DNA of 64,000 nucleotides, from NCBI GenBank assembly GCA_036630325.1, contig CP142733.1, positions 868,001 through 932,000 of the forward strand, written 5' to 3'. Shown here piece after piece: positions 43,281 to 55,641 of the stretch. The position numbers and the translations under genes are program-made. Origin of the DNA: Vairimorpha necatrix (lineage: Eukaryota). The notes below the pieces were generated by a model. It had not been told where the DNA came from. It saw only the letters and a program-made list of their open reading frames with translations, and did no database searches. The first letter of the stretch is position 1; each line of letters opens with the position of its first letter.

Positions 43281-44393
43281 ATGGGTGAATTTGGCCAACA
43301 AATATTAAAAACATCGTATGAAATATTTAATTGTCTCTTACAACAAGAAAAAGGGACTTTTGTCGTTTCCCCCTTTTCTATTATAAATATGCTAGGTATT
43401 TTGTTAAATGGATCTAACGATACTTTAAAAAACAAAATGAAAAAAATTTTAGGCAATACTGTGGATTTTAACAATGATATATCTAAAATCTACAACCAGC
43501 TGAAAATTTCTTTAGAAGATCTTAATTCTGCAACATTAAATTTAAATAACTATGTTTTCCATGATATGCGGATGAAAGTATTGCCAGATTTTAGAGAAAC
43601 GTTGGCAAGATATCTGATATCAGAGTTGAAACCAGTTTATCTGGCGTTATTTGATGATTTTCAAAATCTAATAAACAAAACAGTGTATACAGACACTAAC
43701 GGATTATTAGATAAAATATCAGATGACCTACCGGATGATCTAAAAGTTTTAATACTAAATACTGTATATTTTAAAGAATCATGGAGATTTCCATTTTCAG
43801 TTGATCATGAAAATGAATATTTTTTTAATGGCGATAAAAAATTTAAAGTACCAATGATGAAAATAAGAAAAAAATTTAAGGCAGCTGATACTGAAAAATT
43901 TAAAGTAGTACAAATCCCTTTTGCAAATCCTACATATTCATTTTTAGGAATATTGCCAAAAACAAATAACTTCTCGAATATTAGAATTTCTGATGTTTTG
44001 TCTAGTCTAAAACTTCATGATGTATTTATCAGTATGCCGAAATTTACGATTGAAACAGAGATTGATATTAAAGATAAACTAAAACTTGAGAATTTACAGG
44101 GAATATTTGACGGACATAGCTTTTTAAATATATTCAAAGACACTGCAATTACTAACCCCGAGTTAATACATGTAGCTGTGATTGATATTGACGAAAAAGG
44201 AACTTCTGCTTCGACTGTAACCTATGAATATGCTATTACGTGTTTGTTACATCCAAAAGAAATAATATTTGAATTTAATAGCCCGTTTTTGTTTTATATT
44301 ATTAAAACCATAACTAATAATAGTAGCCATAATAACTTCAAGCAATTGCCAATAATTATGGGTAGATATACAGGACATGATATGAATAAATAA
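43281..44393 (+). CDS. Serpin 2 (inhibitory-type hinge, no signal peptide)
   Basis: VVSPFSI, TNGLL, NTVYFKESW, VPMM, MPKF, IDEKGTSAST, FNSPFLF. Confidence 0.95.
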   Translation: MGEFGQQILKTSYEIFNCLLQQEKGTFVVSPFSIINMLGILLNGSNDTLKNKMKKILGNTVDFNNDISKIYNQLKISLEDLNSATLNLNNYVFHDMRMKVLPDFRETLARYLISELKPVYLALFDDFQNLINKTVYTDTNGLLDKISDDLPDDLKVLILNTVYFKESWRFPFSVDHENEYFFNGDKKFKVPMMKIRKKFKAADTEKFKVVQIPFANPTYSFLGILPKTNNFSNIRISDVLSSLKLHDVFISMPKFTIETEIDIKDKLKLENLQGIFDGHSFLNIFKDTAITNPELIHVAVIDIDEKGTSASTVTYEYAITCLLHPKEIIFEFNSPFLFYIIKTITNNSSHNNFKQLPIIMGRYTGHDMNK

Positions 44394-45514
44394 AAATTTT
44401 TTTAATATATACTTTTTAAAGTCATTTATTAATTATTCATAAAATTTATATTGAATTTTTTGTTTGAAAATAATTAAATGACAACATGAGCAAATTTACA
44501 ATTTTTAAATGACCTTTCCATATTGTCATTTTGACTCACTTTTATTTCCACCGCCGATATTTTATCTTAATGTGTAAATTCATAGAAAAATTGACCGTTA
44601 TTAAGCAAATCTTTTACCTTATATAGAATCACAGGCAATAGTTTCTGTTTGTTTGCAAAAAACATTTTTTAATCAATTAAATGATATCCTAGTTTATTAA
44701 CTAATATTCTGTGCTGTATTAGAATATCCCAGTTATTTTTTGATCATTAAATGTTGTGATATATAATAATGTTTGTTTTTATATATGCCGCATTAAATGT
44801 AGTGTTTAGATATTTTACAAATTCTTTTCCGATTAACTTTATTACTAAAATTAGTAGAACAATTTTTAAATTTTTTTTTACGTATATGTTTATAATCTTT
44901 CTCAGATAAAGTTTTAGAATACTCATATGCTATAACAATTCATAATAAATTCTTACTGATAAAATACATAGATTAATTTTTCTTTAAATCTTCAATCAAC
45001 TTTAGTTCCTAAATTAATTTGTTTTCATTGTTTGCCATTACAAATGTTCAAAAGTTGCTTTTTTAGCATTATTTCGATAATTATATTACTTGTTACATTC
45101 TTTTCGCCTAGTCTGGAACTAACGATTGTTGAATACATACAAAAATGATAATGAAAAATTGTATACAGAAATTTTATGATGACATGAGCTCTGGAATAGG
45201 ACTGAGACTGACACACAAACGATATTTTGGGAAACGCTTAGAAGCATCTTCCTTAAACTGGTTCAGCAATATCCATAAGACAACACAGAATTAACGCTTG
45301 GCGGAGGTAGAAAATTGTGCACTGTTTAAGGTTGAGATTTTAGTAACATACAATTGTTATTTTTGAAATTTATAAACCTACTAGTTAGTGATTTTACATA
45401 GTAATCAATATATATTCATAAAAATTTTACTGACATATTTATTCTGAATTATAATTTTTAAAAAATATCATAAATACGAAAGATAAATTGAAAAAAGACA
45501 AATATACATGTTTA

Positions 45515-46834
45515 TTAATTATTTGGTCCTGTATATCTTCCAACTACTACTGGAAAAAAAGGAGTTTCTAAGTTCTCATCGCTCTTCACTTGTAGTTTCC
45601 TAATATCGAACAAATAAAATACAAAAGGTCTGTTACAAAAATAATTAATACTATGTTTATCATTCAAAAATGATTCGTTTTGAAGATTTGTTTCTTCTGT
45701 ACATATTCCTGATTCATTAAATTCAATAGTAGTTTTATGCTTTATATTCATTTTTATAATGTCATAAGGAGAAAAGCTAGAATTTAGTTTAAACTCTTTA
45801 TCCATGAGATCTGAGTGAAAAAACGTATTTAAAACTTTATTGAGATTGCATTCAGTTTCGATCTCAAACTTAGGCAGTTCTAGGTCAACGTTCTGTATTG
45901 TACAATCTCCACTAATCAGTTTTCTAAATTCAATTTTGAATTCCAAAAGAAGTTGCTCCGGAATGTAGAAATTTTTATCAGGCAAAACTATTACTAAACA
46001 TAATACACCAAAAAAATCTTTTAGGTCAATGCGTAAAAAATGAAGCTTATTTTTATACAAAACATGAAATATATTCTTTTGCTTCATCATTGATACCTTA
46101 GAAGTTTTATCCTTATTATAAAATTTTTTCATTGATGTATGTTCGGGATTAAATTTATTTAACCACTCTCCTTTGAAGTACACACTATTAATTAAAAATA
46201 ACGGTCTCTCTGGGGAAAATAAGGATTTGTTTCTAAATAACGCATTTATAATTCTCATAAACTTATTACTTACATTTTCCGAAGAATTTGAATCTTTTTC
46301 ACATTTAAATCTAAATATTTTTTTACATCTTTCTATATAATCGTATATTTTTTGTCTTTTATCATGACATAACAAATTTTTAACCCCGGGTTGTACATCT
46401 ATATTTGTCAAAGAACTAATATGATTTTTCATATCGTGGTAAAAGGACTCGTCAAGCCTAAACCCATAAGTTTTAAGAATATTTAAAAATGATTCTTTTA
46501 TCTCGCCTTCTGTAATTTGTAAAAGCATACAAAGTGTAGAACAAAAGCCATACGGCGAGAAGACATCACTCTTAAAACTATCAGTGATGGCCGCTAGTAC
46601 TGCATTGTATACTTCGCCTTCAACCAAAGTACCCTTACCAATACTATACAATGTTCTCAATCTTTTTATTTCACATAACATTCTTTCCATGGCCTCCATT
46701 CTTTTCCCCAATCGTGCAACTTCCTTATTTTTATCAAAATAAATATCTTCAGATGTATTTCTGATTTCGTTATACATGTGTAAAATACTTAAATTACATA
46801 TAATCATTAACTTATATTGAAAAAAAATATCCAT
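45515..46834 (-). CDS. Serpin 3 (N-terminal extension, divergent hinge)
   Basis: FSPYG, NSVYFKGEW, VSMMKQ, IVLPD, LPKF, FNESG, CNRPFVF. Confidence 0.93.
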   Translation of the reverse strand: MDIFFQYKLMIICNLSILHMYNEIRNTSEDIYFDKNKEVARLGKRMEAMERMLCEIKRLRTLYSIGKGTLVEGEVYNAVLAAITDSFKSDVFSPYGFCSTLCMLLQITEGEIKESFLNILKTYGFRLDESFYHDMKNHISSLTNIDVQPGVKNLLCHDKRQKIYDYIERCKKIFRFKCEKDSNSSENVSNKFMRIINALFRNKSLFSPERPLFLINSVYFKGEWLNKFNPEHTSMKKFYNKDKTSKVSMMKQKNIFHVLYKNKLHFLRIDLKDFFGVLCLVIVLPDKNFYIPEQLLLEFKIEFRKLISGDCTIQNVDLELPKFEIETECNLNKVLNTFFHSDLMDKEFKLNSSFSPYDIIKMNIKHKTTIEFNESGICTEETNLQNESFLNDKHSINYFCNRPFVFYLFDIRKLQVKSDENLETPFFPVVVGRYTGPNN

Positions 46835-48124
46835 GGGGTCAAGTAACTGATAAATTTATACTAAAATATAGGTTTAATAATTATTTTATTAAAAAGAAAC
46901 AGATAAAAAATGTAAGAAAGTTCCATTAACAAAAATAAACAAAATCAAAGTCAGTTACAGCAGATGATATTTTAATATCTATCAAGATAATTTTTAACAG
47001 CCTATTTTTGATTGATTAATTATGCTGCAAATTTATGCATAAAACATTTTTTGTAAAATAAATAAGAAATATTTTAGTACAATATTGAATATAAAATATA
47101 TAAACTTAGGAAATTAAATTTTTAAAAAATCTTTACATGTATTTTAAGGTTATTCCCATCCAGATAAAAAAGTTACACTATACAAAAAAGAAAATTTATC
47201 GTATTTCCAAAATGCTTAATAGCACTAAATGGATCTCAAGTTTTATTTTAAAAATAATATATTGAATTTGGATAAAATTTTGGATTTTTACAACAAATTT
47301 AGTATAAACCAAGAAACAATAACCGCGAAGAACAAAAGAAAAAGAGTTTATGAATAAAGATTTGCATAAATTAGAAAAAAAACAATCGAAATATACGTGA
47401 TAAGTTTTTATCTAAATATCAGTGTTTTAATACAATGAATATCAAAAGTTGGTGTGGATGCCAATGTAGTAAAATCCATTTAGTCTGTTAACATTTGAAG
47501 TATTACATTACATTTATTCAATAAACGCAATTTCGGCAAATACATATGCAAAAATAGATGTCTTTATTCACGTGCTCAAATCGACTAATGGCTTAATTAA
47601 ATATTTAAAATGGGGGAATACCAAAGTATTACAAATACAAGAAGTAGAATTGTCATGCAAAATGAAACAAGATCTATTTTTACATAATCTCTAGTAAGTT
47701 TTATTAGCATACGTAAATTGTAATGGACTAAACTCGCTTACAGTTGAAAATAGCGGGAGCGAAGGGTTAGCAATATCGATGACCAAAGGCTTAGTAAATA
47801 GGTAAAATATTTATAATGAACTCTGCATAAATACTTCGCCTCTAAAATTCAAATAAATTTCTAAACTTTATATAAGCATCTAATGTATAGTAATTTGATG
47901 GTATATGCGATGGTTATATTACTGGATTTAAATGCCATTTCCAAAAAAATTAATTTAATAAAATCTACATGTAATGTTATTTTGTTCTTTTTTTGCATCG
48001 ACTGAGATTTATAGAATTTACCATCAAGAGTTATCTAAGAATTATACACATTCACAGCGTATCCAAAAAAAATTGAGTTTATATGCAGAATAGAAATTAC
48101 GTGTACGACCATGTAAAGGATGTG

Positions 48125-48719
48125 GGCGCTAAATATTTTCTTGCCCACCTCTAAAAAAAATTTTTTTTACGCAATCTAACATACAAAATTCTATTAATTT
48201 TCATAAAAAAAAGCCCTTATCATCATTAATTTCATTTTATTTTTTCTTTTTTGAATGTAAATTGCTTTCAGAAATAAATTAATTCTAGCTTTATAACCCA
48301 CTTCTCGATCTATATTCGTTCTTCAAATAGTATTAAAATTTTCTATATTTTTGTGTTGCCACCATCAGTGTTTATAGAGCCAAGCGTGTGCTACACAATA
48401 TAGAGCTTGCTTCCAAAATTTCTAAGGCTGAAGGTTAAGATAAAACCATCAGTAATTATTATAGAGCCTTATTTACTTTGCATCTAAGAAAAATCTTCAA
48501 ATACTTCTAATTGTTTCTAAAGCACATATCTTCACAGATATTCATCTTCAGAATTGCTTTTTCAAGATTCAACCAAAAAATTCTCAAATCGACAAAAAAT
48601 ACCTCAACTTCATTTTCTTGCCCCCCTCATTAATAAAAATGTTTAGATTTGAAAAATAACAAGATTTTGTATCTTTTTATAATGTTTTTTTGGGCGAAGC
48701 AAGAAAATGAAGTAGCGCC
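48125..48719. mobile_element. Merlin-like MITE
   Basis: TIRs GGCGCTAAATATTTTCTTGC / GCAAGAAAATGAAGTAGCGCC. Flanks AGGATGTG and AGGATGTT (7/8 TSD). Confidence 0.75.
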
Positions 48720-49237
48720 AGGATGTTTATCAATTTGATATATAATACAAGATAATAGAAAAACTCTTTAAATACTATAGATTTTGTCTACAATTAGAAT
48801 TCCATGAAAAAAATTTTCTGCATGTTAGTTTTCTACTAGTTAAAAATACTAAACTCTCCTTTTGGTAAAGTGTATAAAAACTTTGGGTTTTATTGATCAA
48901 CCATTGTAGTAGAAATAGTTTCCATTGAAAATGAACACCATGTTGATTATAATCATATTTAGTATTTTGTATTTCTCAGAAATATTTGGTAGATACATAT
49001 GCCGATTGATGTGAATTCAATAAGTAACTAATTCGTTTATATTTATCTTAATAAAATCTAAATTATTAAACCTGAGCTGCGTTTTATATTTTACAACTGA
49101 TTTAAGGCAATATATAAATAAGATAATAATAAAATTGAAATAATGATGCAGACAAAAATATTGCAACATTGAGAGAATAATTAAATTACATAGATAAATA
49201 TTAAATTTAATTATTTATATGTACACTTTTGAATTAA

Positions 49238-50575
49238 TCAGAGATCATAATTAGGACCTGTATATCTTCCTACTAACAAAGGAAAAATAGAGGTCATTAA
49301 ATCCTCATTTTTACCAACTTGTATGTTTCTGGTATCAAACAAATAAAATACAAAAGATCGGTTGCAGTGGTAACTAATTAAAAGATCATCAATGATTTCT
49401 GATTCATATAACGGATTTGACTCTTGTGTGGATACTCCAGACTCTGTGAATTCAATTGCAGCTTTCTGTCTTATATTCATTTTTTTATTGTCAGAAGATT
49501 TTGATTCGCTAACATAACCCAAAAGTTCGTCCATAAGATCGCATTCTAGAAAAGATCCAAATACTTTTTTAAGATCACACTCTGTTTCGATCTTAAACTT
49601 CGGAATTTCTAAATCTACGTTGAAAGATTGACAATCACCTGTAATCAGCTTCTTAAATTCATTTTTAAATTCAAAATGCAGATATTCAGGAAGGTAAATA
49701 TCTGTATCAGGTAAAATTATAACTAAATACAGCAAATCTGATTTTTCCTTAAGATCCATTTGTAGAAAATGTAATCCATCTTCATATAAATATTTAAATA
49801 CACCTTGTTGTTTCATCATTGGCACTTTGAAATACTTCTTTCCATTATAAAATTTTTTTAAGGCAGTGTTCTTGGGATTAAATTGTTTACACCACTTACC
49901 CTTAATATTAATCGTGTTAATCACAATTAATGGCCTCTCTATTTGGTGATTAATAAAATTATTAAAAGTTTTAGAGATTTGATTGAAAACATTTAGACTT
50001 ACATCGTCAAATTGGTTCTCATCATCTTTAAAATATTGTATTACTTCTTCAACATTAAATTCATTTTTACATTTTTTAAGTAATTTTTCAATTTTCTCAT
50101 TTTTGTCATGGCACAACAAATTTTTAATTCTTACCTCGTCACATTTACAGGTTAGCGATGAGAAGTTCTTATTCATTTCTTCGATAAATGAATCGTCTAA
50201 GTTATATCCATGGTTTTCAATAATTTTTAATAAATTTTTTTTAGTGTTACCATCAGTGATTTGTAACAAAACGCAAAATATGGTGCAGAAACCATACGGA
50301 GAAATGATGTCACTTTTAAAATTATCAGCGGAGGCGGATATTATTGCCTTATATACAACCCTCTCAATTGGTCTGAAGTCACTATAAATAGAATCAATTA
50401 TGAGCTCCCTTGCACTTAACCTATCTTCCACTGCTTGAGTTCGTTTTCCTAGTCGAGATTCTCCTCTATATTTATCTAAGTCAGTACATTCGGTTGTATT
50501 TCTGATTTCGTTGTACATATGTAAAATGCTTAAATCACATAGGACCATGAGCTTGTGGTAGAAATTCCTTGCCAT
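49238..50575 (-). CDS. Serpin 4, tandem paralog of serpin 3
   Basis: ISPYG, KGKW, VPMMKQ, IILPD, IPKF, FTESG. Shares LSILHMYNEIRNT with serpin 3. Confidence 0.93.
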   Translation of the reverse strand: MARNFYHKLMVLCDLSILHMYNEIRNTTECTDLDKYRGESRLGKRTQAVEDRLSARELIIDSIYSDFRPIERVVYKAIISASADNFKSDIISPYGFCTIFCVLLQITDGNTKKNLLKIIENHGYNLDDSFIEEMNKNFSSLTCKCDEVRIKNLLCHDKNEKIEKLLKKCKNEFNVEEVIQYFKDDENQFDDVSLNVFNQISKTFNNFINHQIERPLIVINTINIKGKWCKQFNPKNTALKKFYNGKKYFKVPMMKQQGVFKYLYEDGLHFLQMDLKEKSDLLYLVIILPDTDIYLPEYLHFEFKNEFKKLITGDCQSFNVDLEIPKFKIETECDLKKVFGSFLECDLMDELLGYVSESKSSDNKKMNIRQKAAIEFTESGVSTQESNPLYESEIIDDLLISYHCNRSFVFYLFDTRNIQVGKNEDLMTSIFPLLVGRYTGPNYDL

Positions 50576-52189
50576 ATGGTTAAGAGGACTTTGGATTTTT
50601 ATATAGATTAATTAAACTTTTATGTTAATTGAACAATCAGAAAGTTAGCTTATCACATAAAAATTAAGTTTTACAAATGTTGTTACAATAAGACATATTT
50701 AAGTTTATATTTGATTTATAATATTGAAGTTAATTAAAAGATTTATTAAAAATTTAATGATCAAATAAAAACGATATAATTAAATATTAATCTTAATAAA
50801 CCTATGTCAATTAGGCAAGCGCAAATACTATGCGTAATAATTTTAAATATGATATAACTGATACAACACATTTGTAATACAAAAAATGCTCCTTTAAATA
50901 ATAAAACCTCTTTTTACATGATAATACAGTAAAAAAACTTGTGTAATTGACACACAAAAATTATGTGATATTGATTCAATCAAAATTATTTTTAAATTTA
51001 CGTATATATTTATCTTAAATTAATTACTCATACGATTAAATCAATTTATTATTTTTGTAGTTTTTTAATTTATTCCCAAAAAAGTATGTACAGAATCTTA
51101 AAAAAGATTTCTAAATAATGTATAGTCATTTGATTTGAATATTTGATTCCTATCATATTTTATTATATGTAGATTTATAAATCTTCTTTTAATATATCTT
51201 ACTAAATTGATATAAAGTGAAATTGTAGATATAGTATATAATTTTGCTATTGTTTGCATTGATATAGATTGTTTCATAATTTTATCACAACCCAAGGCCG
51301 ATAACTAATGATATTCTACTAGTATTTTTCATAACTGTGACTTCTGATCATAGCATAGAGGGTTAGTAATATTTTAATCTAACATCCTAAAAAAAATACT
51401 AAGATATCATGATTTTGTTCTTTCCTATATATATATAACTCTTTAATCTTCATGAAAAATTATTTATTTACTGTCTATATAGTCATCAAAAATAAAATTA
51501 TGTGCCTAGTATTGTATTATCATTATATATACCATAGGAAGGGTCATGAATCTCAACGTAACATACAGAAGCTTTGAATAATTTTAAAGTATTCTAAAAC
51601 CATGATAGTCCACTCTTTATACATCTAATGAAAAAATTATAGTCTTAAAAGGAAAATAAAAAATGAGAGACAGAACCAGATAGCAATTATTAAGTACTTT
51701 TTACATTAAAGACAACAAAATTTTCAAATGTTTTTTTGATAAAAATGTACAAAAGTAGAGAATGCACGAGGCCAAAAAATAAAAATATGGACTACATTGT
51801 TTTGAAATACAACACGTTCTATATATTATAAATGATATTGATACCTGAAATTTATAGCTATAAAGGTTACAAGTTTTAAACAAGTGTTATTTAGTTAATG
51901 TAATTTATTCCGCAAACCTCCTAATTGTAAAATTTTTATTTTTTATCATTCGGCTTTACCTTTCCGAGTCTTAAGTCAAAGGATTGTGTTTGTTATATAT
52001 ATTTTGCAAGTTTTTTTTTACTTTATTAAATATAATAGTTGAATACAATATTTTAAAAAGTTGTATTTTTAAGTTTTTATGCATATGTATATGTTTTTTT
52101 GCTAAGCTCCTCTTAGAAGAGGTTTCATAAGTATCGAAGATTAAAGTGAAAAAATGCTCCTAAATATATATAAAACATTATATGGGCTA

Positions 52190-53250
52190 GAAAAAGCTCA
52201 CTTAGGCGGGCAACGAAACATAAAGTAGATGCATGGAGCGAATCTCACTAGTTTACAATCAAAGAGTATCTAAGGATTTGGTATTGCCATAAAGAGATGA
52301 CTCAGAAGATGCTAATAGAATCCTAGAAGGCGAACCATAAATCGAAATTTACATAAGAACAATTTATGAAAATTATTTGAAGCTATTATAAATTTTTAAG
52401 TAAGAATTAAGGACTTTTATACTGGTCAAAGGCGATAATTATGCTAGATCCGTTCAATTTATTGCTTCCTACAAGATAAAAATATTTTAAGTGTACAAGA
52501 GGGACAATGACCTAATTGTGGACCATCTAGCATCCAAGTGTAATCGATAATTGGGGTTGATTTACGAAAGACACAATGAGTTGGTTAGATGCATCCATCT
52601 CTTACTATGTATTAAATATGGGTTTAGGAATAGCAAGGAAGTAGTTGACCCTTGTAAAGAGAACATCGAAATTGATCGTGTGGAAATAAGAGTGGGTATG
52701 AGGATATCCACTAATATAAAATAACCATATAATAATCATGATATTCTTATGTTTGACAAGAAGAAGAAAGATATTTTGATGTTTGATTTGGTATAACCAG
52801 CCCTGAATGACTTACTATAGTAGAATGAAAAACTAAAAAATTCTTTTTTGCGAATTAAATGGGACTAATACAACAATCCCGCACCATAATAGTTCCTTAT
52901 GTAATAACAGGGGATGAAGTGGTGACCAAATATCATGGAAAGTACATCAGGATGCCTAGAATTAAACCCTACCCTGAGGCGTACATGCAGTCTACTGTTC
53001 CGAAAAAAAATCTAGGGTACATCTCCTTGGAACGACGACGAGGATACGATCAAGAGGATGCAGAAGACCAAGAAGTGTCTTTAGCTGTAAGGGCATTAAC
53101 TAATATTGCGACTATTAAAGAAATGGTGGTACTAACGAGAATGAAGCCGAAAATTTCAAGTTGAGAAACGAAATTAATTCACAGAAATTTTAGTCTTTTA
53201 ATAGCTGAATCTCTTGAGATTTACAAGGACAACCTAAGCTACAAATATCT
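52190..53250 (+). pseudogene. Decayed 3' fragment of a non-LTR retrotransposon with restriction-like endonuclease (R4/Dong-like)
   Basis: Broken-frame DHLASKC, RHNE, DILMFDKKKK, GITS, IVPYVIT.D.VVTKYH, EAYMQS. Confidence 0.65.
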
Positions 53251-53881
53251 AAACTAAAGGGGAAAAAATACTTAATGAACTATTTAAATTAAAAGTGGTA
53301 GCTCCTCTTTTTTTCTTCAATTTCTAGATTTATTTTTTTAATCGTCAGGATGATAAATTACGTTTTATTCTATTGTTAAAACAAATCTTGTTTAATAAAT
53401 GGCGCAGAAAATGTTAGAAAGTAATCAATTAGTAGCAATGTCTAGAAGCTAATCCTCATTTCTTTTAATTAATTTAAAATTAATAACGTGAGTTTTTGAT
53501 TTATCGGAGATCTTGCGCATTAAAAGAAACTCAATTTACTGCATATATCATCATCTTACATACTTATGTTTTTTAATTGGCCGCTTTTCTCAAAATATTA
53601 GCCTTTTGATATAGTTGTAAAATTGGCTCGAATAAAAAAATTACAATACTTATAGAGAATATGAAAAAAAATTCTATATGTTATTGTATGTATGTTTATA
53701 ATTTTGTCTGACGCTAAATGGAATAATCAGACGTAAAAAATAAAATAATATGCAATTTAGAACTTTTGTTGCAATATATTCATAAAGAAAATCTAATTGA
53801 ATAATTATTGATCGATGTAAAACTAATAAAGTATTTATTAATTATGCCCAACACATAAAAAACCACTTTTTTACCCAATCC

Positions 53882-54826
53882 ATGTTGTTTTATTTTATTC
53901 TAATTTCGTGTTCCGAGTTCAAAAATGATAAGAAAGAAGTTTTAGATTTTACACGTGAAAAAACAGAGGCAAAAGCGAATAGTAGCATTATAAACAGGCC
54001 CGTGTCAATACGTCATAAATTACTGATTAATGAAAAGGTCGAAACCCGCGAATATTCAACTATTTCTTCGGATTCAAGATTCCATCCTTATGAAAAAGAC
54101 TTGTTGAAAAAATCTCCTTCTAATTGTGAAATTGAAAACCCAAACGTATCTTCTGTTCAATCTTTAGAAACAACAAATATTAATATATTAAGATGCGGAG
54201 ATCAATACATTCAAGACCAGAAATTAGCTAACTGCATTTTTCTTCTCAATAATTTAAGAAGCGTCATTAACAAATGGGATAAAGAAGATTTAAAGTTGGT
54301 ATGCCCAATTGATAAACTTAAGTTCAAAGACAAAGAAAATAGCCAATTATACATGAACTTGAAAAGAAAATTATACATGTGGATAAACAACCCATCAATT
54401 ATAAACAAATTACTAGTGGATTTATCTCAGTTAATTTTGAAATCTAAAATAGATGATAAGAGAAAAGTTGCTTTCTTCTTTCAATTAGAAATTTGCTATG
54501 AGACAATGACCTACGTTTATAAACTATTGCCCTTTAAAGAAAACCGTAAACTCTTGTCTTCTGGGTTACTTGTCATTTATAAACGCATGGCTCCGAGATT
54601 CCATATTTTATTTTACAAAATGAACTTATTAGAAGTTTTTCTCGATTTTATAAAAATGTTTCGTGAATGTTGTGATGTAGAAGACCCTACCTGTTTGCAG
54701 ATAGAAGATTTGGTAAAATTTTTAGATCAAAGGCTTTATATTACTTATAGTGGCCTTGGTAGTTTTATTGAAACAATCAATAGTATTTCAAAAATACTTG
54801 AAAACTCATTAAAAATAATCATATAA
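53882..54826 (+). CDS. Secreted hypothetical protein (candidate effector), paralog 1
   Basis: Signal-like MLFYFILISCS, low-complexity N-region with SRFHPY, helical C-domain. CCC upstream. Confidence 0.8.
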   Translation: MLFYFILISCSEFKNDKKEVLDFTREKTEAKANSSIINRPVSIRHKLLINEKVETREYSTISSDSRFHPYEKDLLKKSPSNCEIENPNVSSVQSLETTNINILRCGDQYIQDQKLANCIFLLNNLRSVINKWDKEDLKLVCPIDKLKFKDKENSQLYMNLKRKLYMWINNPSIINKLLVDLSQLILKSKIDDKRKVAFFFQLEICYETMTYVYKLLPFKENRKLLSSGLLVIYKRMAPRFHILFYKMNLLEVFLDFIKMFRECCDVEDPTCLQIEDLVKFLDQRLYITYSGLGSFIETINSISKILENSLKIII

Positions 54827-55641
54827 CTTTAACAACGAGACATTTTATTTCTTCACCGATGCACATAAAAATACAATATGAAAATCAATAATAAAAGCAT
54901 TCCGTGTTATATCGGACCTTCAATAATTCTTAATAAAAAATCTTTTTGGCATACTTATTTGGTGTTATTTCTAACATTTTATTTTTTAGTTCTCTGCTTG
55001 TATGAGTTAATCTTCTTGTCAATTTTAAGCTTAAATATATTTTACGCATCATTTATCCCACTGATATATATTATATCTAAGCTCTACGATTATCTTGAAA
55101 ATTCTGAATTTACAAAAACATAATTTAAAAGATCGCCCACATATTTAAGTATTAAAGAGTAAAAGAAAAATTTAAATGCCTATTTGTGGTATCACCACTA
55201 AAGAAAGTATGTAAAATATTTTTATTATTAATTTTATCTGTTCTTTCCATCACTCCGTCCCCTCTCCGGGTAAAATACTTAAATAAATGTTGGATGAGAA
55301 ACTGGACGAATTCGGAGGGAATGATTTTAGAAATATATTTTATGATATTTGGTATATCATACTATTAATTAAGTATATGAAGTATCAAGCATCCAAACTC
55401 TTATTTTATTTAATTATAACTAGGTATTATCTTACAAATTTTTTTGGATTAGTATAGCAAATTCTTGTGATGGTTTGACTATATTAGCAAAAGAGTAGTA
55501 TCAGTCCAAGCGTATAAGGGTGTGCAATTTTTTTTTGAAACACACAAATAAAGTGCCAAAATGAAGAAGCATGGAGGCGATAACAAATACTAGTCACTTC
55601 GCAAAATAAAAATAAAATTAATACTATATAAATAATACGCA

